From: an uncultured OCS116 cluster bacterium
GTDB lineage: Bacteria; Pseudomonadota; Alphaproteobacteria; Rhizobiales; TMED25
Direction of reading: 5' to 3'
Assembly (NCBI GenBank): GCA_902632055.1
Contig: CACPAS010000004.1
Location: forward strand, 1-57,919
DNA length: 57,919 nucleotides
The notes under the pieces are model-generated. The model did not search any database. It had not been told where the DNA came from and saw only the letters and a program-made list of their open reading frames with translations. The position numbers were made by a program, and so were the translations under genes. Below are positions 51,617 through 57,919 of this stretch, one piece after another; position 1 is the first letter of the stretch; each line of letters begins with the position of its first letter.

Positions 51617-52426
51617 TTAGTTTTCAAAGGATGCTCTTTGTCGTGCATAGGCACAATTCTTGCAGCTTGGATGCCCTGATGGTATGAAATTACTATTCAT
51701 ACAATCGACCATGTCAGATAATTTCTCGTCAACCCATGTTATATTCCACTCATATGGTATTAAATACTCCTCGAACTTCATTACGCCATTAAAATTATCA
51801 GCCAATCTATTTCCATTACAAACAACAAAGTAGCCTTCTAGATGAACCTCAAAACCCATCTCCTTTAACAGATATACATAGAAGTCCATTTGGATTTTAT
51901 AGTTTTGTTTGTAAACATCGCTGAGGTAGGTTATTGGAGTTACTTTCTTAGTTGAAGATTGTGATTTGTAGTCCACCACAACTAATTTATTTGTGTCAGT
52001 GTTTATCCAGATATCATCAACCCCACCAAAGAGAATAATATTTGATTTACCATATCGTGCTTTCAATCCATGATGCATTGAATCTCGCCATTTATCGATA
52101 TCCGGATGATCAAATGGAATAAAATGCTCAAGGTTATTTTCGGTGAATAGCCGATGTGGGATCTGCTTTTCACGACATTCATCAAATTCTCTTTTATACA
52201 ATATATCAGTAGCTTCATTAAGTGCCCAGCCAGGAGTACCAGGCGACTCTAGCCCAACAACTCTATCGAGGTAAAAGCACCTTGGACACGTTAAATAGTC
52301 AGAGAACTTACTTCTACTAATTTTAAAATCCTCGTTTTGATTTGGACTATAAATAGATGAATTTCTTGATCGTTTTCCTGTGGCCTCTACAAGCTCGAAC
52401 TTGCTATTACGTTTTAAATCAAGCAA
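51617..52426 (-). CDS. Solo Cas4-like PD-(D/E)XK nuclease
   Basis: S-x-S...CPRC, GGVDD, VVDYKS, Q-x3-Y, C-terminal CKNC; TTG start. Confidence 0.8.
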   Translation of the reverse strand: MLDLKRNSKFELVEATGKRSRNSSIYSPNQNEDFKISRSKFSDYLTCPRCFYLDRVVGLESPGTPGWALNEATDILYKREFDECREKQIPHRLFTENNLEHFIPFDHPDIDKWRDSMHHGLKARYGKSNIILFGGVDDIWINTDTNKLVVVDYKSQSSTKKVTPITYLSDVYKQNYKIQMDFYVYLLKEMGFEVHLEGYFVVCNGNRLADNFNGVMKFEEYLIPYEWNITWVDEKLSDMVDCMNSNFIPSGHPSCKNCAYARQRASFEN

Positions 52427-52541
52427 ATCTAATCTCCAAGGATTTGAAAAAAATTATCCTACAAGTTTATCAATTTATTATTTATTTATCAATAATATGA
52501 AACTACTTAATCTCATGTTATATTTCAAGATTAATTACTAT

Positions 52542-52570
52542 TAGACAATTATTGGATAACTATATATAAA
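52542..52570 (+). promoter_or_regulatory. Sigma70-type promoter of tRNA-Ser(TGA)
   Basis: TAGACA-N17-TATAAA ending 10 nt before the tRNA. Confidence 0.55.
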
Positions 52571-52580
52571 TAAATTTGCC

Positions 52581-52670
52581 GGAGGGGTGGCTGAGTGGTT
52601 GAAAGCACCGGTCTTGAAAACCGGCAACGGGGCAACTCGTTCGGGGGTTCGAATCCCTCCCCCTCCGCCA
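52581..52670 (+). tRNA. tRNA-Ser (anticodon TGA)
   Basis: 90 nt; acceptor GGAGGGG/CCCCTCC, anticodon arm CCGGT-CTTGAAA-ACCGG, long variable arm, GGTTCGAATCC, discriminator G, encoded CCA. Confidence 0.97.
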
Positions 52671-52717
52671 TTCAAGACTTGAGACTGCCTGCCCCACAAA
52701 ATCTTTAACCCAAATAA

Positions 52718-52747
52718 TTGACATTACTTATAATTTTCAAATATTAT
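52718..52747 (+). promoter_or_regulatory. Sigma70-type promoter upstream of AIPR
   Basis: TTGACA-N18-TATTAT, 34 nt before the ATG. Confidence 0.5.
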
Positions 52748-52781
52748 TAATAATAATACTTCTATTGTTTGGATTTTTGTT

Positions 52782-54527
52782 ATGAGTATAAACCAGTTTA
52801 AAAACGTTTTGAAAAATTACATTGAAAAATGGTGTGATAAAAACGGTCAGGACTTTAGTAACTCAAAATCGCGTGGAAATGCCTTTGAAGATTTCATATT
52901 TGAACTATTAGTCAAAAGATATGATATTGAAGATGCATCAGAGGACGAAAACATATTCAGGACAAATGAAAAGGGTATAGATATTATAATACCACCCAGT
53001 GATAATTCTCCATATTTTATTGTATGCCAATGTGAACACGGTGGTTTTGGGACTAAGACGAAAGATACAATAGATAAAGATAAAATGACAGGTTTCTTCA
53101 ATAGATTTGGGGATATTACTTTACCCGACTGGATTGAAAATAGAGAGGAATTGCAGTTAGATTATCGTAATAAGTTAATAGATCTTCGAATACATATTGA
53201 TCGTCATTTACCTGTTAAATGGTTATATGCATCGAATAAACGTATAGGAAATTCGTCCTCAGAACTAGATGATATCATTAGGAAATATAACTATAAAACA
53301 TTATACCCATCAGTTGAGTTTGAAATACTCGACATAGATGAACTTACTGCCCTCTTCATGGAAACTGAAAAAATTCAAATGGAATACCCTGACAAGGTTG
53401 AATTTAATCACGGAGCAAATAAAGGTATTTATGATAATTCAGGTCACAAATTTTTTGTGGGGCTCATTAAAGCAAATGTGATAGTTGATTGGTACAAAAC
53501 CCACAAGGAGTCACTATTTGAACAAAATATCCGAACACTGCTAACAAAAAATAGAATTAATACGGATATGGCATTGACAATTACAAATGCTCCAGGTGAT
53601 TTTCGGCATTTCAATAATGGAGTTTCTGCAATTTGTGAAAAGCTGGAATATGATGAGGAATTAAGGAGAGTTTCTGCAAAAAAATTCAACATAATTAATG
53701 GAGCACAAACTGTAGGAACACTTTTTGAGCAGAGGAACTCAGGAAAAATAGAGGAAGTTGAGGTTCTATTGAGAATTACTGCAGTTAAATATTCAGACAA
53801 ACTTAGTAATGATATAACAAAATACAATAATACCCAAAATGCTGTTTCATCTGCTGACTTTAAATCTAATGACGAAATCCAAATATGGCTCGAAAAAAAA
53901 TTTAATGACTACGATTATCCTAAATATTTTCGCAAGATTGTCTACAGAAGAAAAAGACCTTATGCCAGAGGTAGTAAAAGTGAATATGCCTTGAGTATCT
54001 TAGAATTTGCAAAAATAAGAAGAGTTATTCTGCAATCATCAGCCACGCAAAATTCTAATCCAAATTTGGTATGGAAAAGTAAAGAAGATGGTGGGTGCTA
54101 TGAAGAAATTTTCCCAAATTCGGGGATACTCGATAATAAAGAATTTGAAAAATTTAATTTTATGTTCAACGTTTACAAAGAAATTGAAAGAAAAATAAAT
54201 GAAGAAAGAGAAAATAATAAAGAAAGAACATCTTTAAAAAGAATGGTCGCTCTTGGCCTTGAGGCTTTTAATAAATTTTGGATAGATAATAAAGAAGATT
54301 TTGATAATTATGCTGAAATCGAGAAAGGGAATGCTGACGCAAAAAAAGTTCTAAAAATCTTCTGGGCGCATTTTTATAGAGCCTTAGGAAAAATCTACGA
54401 TAATGAAATAATTGATGGGTCCACAACAGCCTATGCATTCGTTAGAAGTGATAACCTAACGAAAAGGGTGGTTAGTAGTACAAATGAGTCATACCAGCTT
54501 CAAAAAGAATTAAACGAAATTCAATAA
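52782..54527 (+). CDS. AIPR family protein (abortive infection phage resistance)
   Basis: LFEQNIR, IN...TI...P-x2-F-x2-FNNG, IINGAQT, I-x3-NN-x-QN-x-V-x3-D; restriction-endonuclease-like N-terminus (GID). Confidence 0.85.
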   Translation: MSINQFKNVLKNYIEKWCDKNGQDFSNSKSRGNAFEDFIFELLVKRYDIEDASEDENIFRTNEKGIDIIIPPSDNSPYFIVCQCEHGGFGTKTKDTIDKDKMTGFFNRFGDITLPDWIENREELQLDYRNKLIDLRIHIDRHLPVKWLYASNKRIGNSSSELDDIIRKYNYKTLYPSVEFEILDIDELTALFMETEKIQMEYPDKVEFNHGANKGIYDNSGHKFFVGLIKANVIVDWYKTHKESLFEQNIRTLLTKNRINTDMALTITNAPGDFRHFNNGVSAICEKLEYDEELRRVSAKKFNIINGAQTVGTLFEQRNSGKIEEVEVLLRITAVKYSDKLSNDITKYNNTQNAVSSADFKSNDEIQIWLEKKFNDYDYPKYFRKIVYRRKRPYARGSKSEYALSILEFAKIRRVILQSSATQNSNPNLVWKSKEDGGCYEEIFPNSGILDNKEFEKFNFMFNVYKEIERKINEERENNKERTSLKRMVALGLEAFNKFWIDNKEDFDNYAEIEKGNADAKKVLKIFWAHFYRALGKIYDNEIIDGSTTAYAFVRSDNLTKRVVSSTNESYQLQKELNEIQ

Positions 54528-54746
54528 AGAGGCAAACAAGTTTTTACTATATTATCTGCGGGACCATGATAATTTAATTTAAATTGTCATCCTACATTTC
54601 GCATAATAACCTGGGAACGAGTTAATCATGTCTTTCTTTGCTTTACCTATTGCGTATACTTACATCACGCAATTAAGCGGTTCCTGTGATAAATATCCAA
54701 ATTATTGATATATCATAAATTAAGTTAGGGTTATAATAAAAGAGAT

Positions 54747-55430
54747 ATGGATCTTATTAAATACAATACCCTTGTAATGAACGAAGGTGGAATTAACTTG
54801 CAACGCGGCATGAACTTTGGAATTAGAGGTTCCTATTCGATAGTGTTAATGTCAGTTGAAAAAAATGCGCCATATGCTGATGAAGTATTTGATGACGGGA
54901 TAATAAAATATGAAGGTCATGACGCTGAACGTGTACCAAAAGAACAAAAGAAATTGATAGATCAGCCACTTGCCTATAGCTCCGGCACCCCTACTCAAAA
55001 CGGTAAGTTTTACGATGCAGTAATGCAATTCAAAAAAGGTGAAAGAGAAGCCGGAAAAATAAAAGTATATCGAAAAATAAGAGCGGGTATATGGGTTGAT
55101 ATGGGCTTTTATGATTTAATCGATGGCTATTTACAAAATGATGGAAATAGAAATGTATTTAAATTCATTTTAAAACCAATCAGTAATGTATTTGAACCAG
55201 ATGCTGCCGATAATATAGAAATTGATCACAACAGACTTATCCCAGGATGGGTAATGCAAGAAGTGTATATAAGAGATAAAGGCCAATGCCAACAATGTGG
55301 CGCAAAAGATAATTTACATTTTGATCATATCATACCATATTCAAAACATGGTTCATCAAAAGACCCTAAGAATATTCAATTACTTTGTGCGCGACATAAC
55401 CTAAAAAAAAGCAATAAATTAGTCTATTGA
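54747..55430 (+). CDS. HNH endonuclease with N-terminal SRA/PUA-like domain (putative modification-dependent nuclease)
   Basis: C-terminal RD-x3-CQQCG...DHIIP...N-x2-LLC-x2-HN-x2-K. N-terminal SIVL...Y-x-D...YEG...DQ...N...KVYR follows the SRA/YDG motif order. The HNH call is firm; the SRA call is tentative. Confidence 0.75.
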   Translation: MDLIKYNTLVMNEGGINLQRGMNFGIRGSYSIVLMSVEKNAPYADEVFDDGIIKYEGHDAERVPKEQKKLIDQPLAYSSGTPTQNGKFYDAVMQFKKGEREAGKIKVYRKIRAGIWVDMGFYDLIDGYLQNDGNRNVFKFILKPISNVFEPDAADNIEIDHNRLIPGWVMQEVYIRDKGQCQQCGAKDNLHFDHIIPYSKHGSSKDPKNIQLLCARHNLKKSNKLVY

Positions 55431-55442
55431 ATGAGTTTAATA

Positions 55443-55532
55443 GGAGGGATGGCTGAGTGGTTGAAAGCACCGGTTTCGAAAGCCGGCAACGGGGTAACTC
55501 GTTCGGGGGTTCAAATCCCTCTCCCTCCGCCA
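55443..55532 (+). tRNA. tRNA-Ser (anticodon CGA), near-duplicate of 52581-52670
   Basis: 90 nt; acceptor GGAGGGA/TCCCTCC, anticodon arm CCGGT-TTCGAAA-GCCGG, GGTTCAAATCC, encoded CCA; 83/90 identical to the TGA copy. Confidence 0.9.
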
Positions 55533-55538
55533 AGCTTT

Positions 55539-57917
55539 TTAGAAATCCCACTCAAAGTCTAAATAGAATTTATTTGAGTAATCAAGGTCTACTCCCCCGC
55601 TCTCAAATTCATATCCAAGACCAAAACTATACACATCCATAGACTCGCTAGACTCTTTAAACAGATCGATGCCAATTCCTACTTTCCAAAAATCTTCAAC
55701 CTCTGTTTCTTCATCGATTGTATATGTTACAGGATCCGTTTCAGATGGATATTCAAGTTCAATTTCAGACTCACTACCAAATGCTAATCCATATTCAAAT
55801 TTAACCCACGGTAAATAATTATTATCATTATGACTATAGACCAAACTGATGTCTGCACCCACCGATACATTTGCCCTATGTGATGTTTGCTCGCTGATAT
55901 TCAACGAGGTATCGCCTCCGGTTTCTGTATAGCTGTCAAATTCGGTCACACTAAATTCACCTTTTGCATAAGGAGATACAATTTTTTGTTCATCTTCGGT
56001 GCTATTACCTCGTACCGTTAATGATCCAAACACCTGATTAGCAGTCCTTTCACCAGAGAGTACCTCCCCTATATCTGTTCTTGTCGTGTCAAAATTAAGG
56101 TTACCAACACCTAGAACATACTCAATCGTTGCTTCATCTATTAACGGTATATCTTGATAGCCATATTGTTTAGAACCGTAAAGTGATAAAGCGTAATTAT
56201 CCGATTTCACTTTGGACTCATCAGATCCAACTTTCATATCATCTGTTCCGTATGACAGTGAAATTCCAAATATTGAGTCGTAATTTGTATTATGTCTATC
56301 AATACCAAGATATACAGCTTCTGACTGAATATCATGAGGGTTGAGCCCATCGACGTTCGCAAGAGTGATTTCACCTGTGACCCAAGCGGCCCAGTCATTA
56401 TCAATATTTAACTTTGATTTGAGCATATTTGTATATTTTTGCTTAATATCGATAATTTCATTTTTATATTCACGCGTAAGTTCTGTTGGTATAACTGCAA
56501 TTTCTTCATTCATAAATGCGTCAAATTTTTCTAGGCACTCCTCTCTCACAAACTTACTAAGACTTTCATTGCAGTCGTCTTCACCACTTACCGAAACCAG
56601 TTCATCGACTGCTTTTTCTGATAATCCAGAGAGCCATTCAGTGGCATCACTAGTGGTTTCAATATTCTGATCATTATTTACAAGCTCATCTAGGAACTTA
56701 TTATTGAATTTTATTTTTAAGTCGTATTGATTTTTGTCAACATGCGACATGCGGTTTAGCCAATTTAACCTGTGCCCTACAGCATCCATATTCTTGAATG
56801 CCCAATTGGAAGAAATTGTTGACATAGCGTCGAGTATTTCAACAACATCGTCTTTTTCTGTTGGGTCTGTTAGCCTTGTTCTTGTTTCAAAATTAAGTAC
56901 GGTATTCGATGTCACACCTGCAAAAGAGTTACCACTTTCATCATCAAACGCAGTTGCCTGAATTAGTATATAATACTCAGTTTCATAATCCAGATTATCG
57001 GTTAGATCAATAATTATCGTTGAAGTTCCGGTTCCTGTCACTTGTGCACTTGTGACATCAATTGTTTCTACGATGCTATTATCATCTGATTTATATATGA
57101 TAATATTTCCACTCTCTACATCGACATCTTCACTAAAAGTTATTTCAATATTTTCATCAATATCTACATTCGTTGCATTGTCAGTCGGTATAGTTGCGGT
57201 AATTGTTGGATTTGTTGTGTCATCGTTATCATTAATATAATAGGTATGTACGATGTCTGAACCCAAAGTCGTTTCAGTAGGATTTGATAAGGTGATAATA
57301 ACAGTTTCATCTCCTTCATCCAGATTATCATCAACAATACCAGCGATTGTTATTGTTCCTGTTGTATTGCCGGCGGTTATCGTTAATGTACCATTAGCAA
57401 GGGTATAGTCGGTACCACCACCTGTTGCGGTTCCAGTCACTGTGTAATCTACTGTTATGTTTGAATTATGGGCAGACGTTAAACCTACCGTGATAGCTGC
57501 TGATGATGTAGACTCAAGTCCACTAGAGCTTGTGGCATTGAAATTTATAATAGGTAACTCATTATCAGTAATTGTGTAGGTGTGTGTGTCATCTGATCCA
57601 AGTGTTGCGTTAGTTGGGTTGGATAGCGTAACAATTACGGTTTCGTCGGACTCATCTAATGTATCATCAACAATACTTGCGATTGTGATCGTTCCAGATG
57701 TGTTGCCCGCTGCAATTGTAAGCGTTCCATTAGCAAGGGTGTAATCTGTTCCGCTGCCGGTTGCTGTACCGGTCACCGTAAAGTCAACTGTAACGTCTTG
57801 TGCGGAAGCCGCAGATAGATCAACCGTGAGAGCCTTAGAGCTTACTGACTCTGCACCATTTGAGCTTGTTGAATTGAAGTCGATAGTTGGCGCGGAGTCA
57901 TTGTCAGTAATGGTATA
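55539..57917 (-). CDS. Autotransporter adhesin with Calx-beta repeats and an Ig-like domain (5' part outside window)
   Basis: Frame stays open to the window edge (YTITDNDSAPTIDFN...). Calx-beta D-Y-x5-TL...DD-x2-DE-x-DET-x3-TL, Ig-like PTDNAT...ITFSE, beta-barrel ending YLDFEWDF. Confidence 0.85.
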   Translation of the reverse strand, partial: YTITDNDSAPTIDFNSTSSNGAESVSSKALTVDLSAASAQDVTVDFTVTGTATGSGTDYTLANGTLTIAAGNTSGTITIASIVDDTLDESDETVIVTLSNPTNATLGSDDTHTYTITDNELPIINFNATSSSGLESTSSAAITVGLTSAHNSNITVDYTVTGTATGGGTDYTLANGTLTITAGNTTGTITIAGIVDDNLDEGDETVIITLSNPTETTLGSDIVHTYYINDNDDTTNPTITATIPTDNATNVDIDENIEITFSEDVDVESGNIIIYKSDDNSIVETIDVTSAQVTGTGTSTIIIDLTDNLDYETEYYILIQATAFDDESGNSFAGVTSNTVLNFETRTRLTDPTEKDDVVEILDAMSTISSNWAFKNMDAVGHRLNWLNRMSHVDKNQYDLKIKFNNKFLDELVNNDQNIETTSDATEWLSGLSEKAVDELVSVSGEDDCNESLSKFVREECLEKFDAFMNEEIAVIPTELTREYKNEIIDIKQKYTNMLKSKLNIDNDWAAWVTGEITLANVDGLNPHDIQSEAVYLGIDRHNTNYDSIFGISLSYGTDDMKVGSDESKVKSDNYALSLYGSKQYGYQDIPLIDEATIEYVLGVGNLNFDTTRTDIGEVLSGERTANQVFGSLTVRGNSTEDEQKIVSPYAKGEFSVTEFDSYTETGGDTSLNISEQTSHRANVSVGADISLVYSHNDNNYLPWVKFEYGLAFGSESEIELEYPSETDPVTYTIDEETEVEDFWKVGIGIDLFKESSESMDVYSFGLGYEFESGGVDLDYSNKFYLDFEWDF

Positions 57918-57919
57918 CG
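57223..57919 (-). repeat. Tandem Calx-beta coding repeats, 336-bp period
   Basis: CCATTAGCAAGGGT recurs at 57391 and 57727; peptide GTDYTLANGTLTI occurs twice. Confidence 0.8.

Noticed and set aside
46700-52430. Integron-like cassette array or prophage
   Set aside because: Mixed orientations, no repeated attC sites, no integrase or phage structural genes.
51617-55532. CRISPR-Cas or retron system
   Set aside because: No repeat-spacer array, no cas1/cas2 and no reverse transcriptase in the window.
55366-55642. Two 61-aa ORFs over the second tRNA
   Set aside because: Shadow translations of the tRNA sequence.
1224-57240. Many short antisense or nested ORFs in the track (e.g. 5593-6087, 13070-13513, 29231-29737, 49562-50032)
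   Set aside because: They overlap well-supported genes and show no motifs; treated as shadow ORFs.

Overview
An AT-rich, densely coding chromosome segment from a streamlined alphaproteobacterium. The gene order is Rhizobiales-like; a marine origin is an inference. Positions 1-26.3 kb are core genome: the 3' end of scpB, an ABC ATPase, kdsA, eno, ftsB, pdhABC-lpdA-lipA, a Coq10/RatA gene, cinA, ispDF and ntrBC-ntrYX-trkA-hflX. After hflX comes a dif-like XerCD site at 20894-20921, exactly where gene orientation flips, so this is probably the replication terminus. On the minus strand follow an MBL hydrolase, tatD, metG, holB, tmk and rlpA. dusB, hfq and dacA are missing from their usual positions. 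Positions 26.5-52.4 kb are accessory DNA. It includes a TTT importer and a Liv-type ABC importer on either side of a His-rich LVIVD beta-propeller gene, a hydrolase/AhpD/flavoprotein/aldehyde dehydrogenase catabolic cluster, and several small membrane proteins, one of them a 44-aa ORF missed by the ORF track. It also holds a coupled three-gene operon (membrane coiled-coil protein with alveolin-like EKIVEVP repeats, a single-pass partner, a Rap1a-like protein), a decayed amino-acid ABC ATPase fragment and a solo Cas4-like nuclease. At 52.6-55.5 kb two near-identical complete tRNA-Ser genes (83/90 nt, anticodons TGA and CGA) flank a defence-like cassette: AIPR, a structured intergenic segment and an SRA-like/HNH nuclease. 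The window ends inside a Calx-beta/Ig autotransporter adhesin. No integrase, transposase, CRISPR array or rRNA was seen. All family calls come from reading motifs by eye; no database searches were run.
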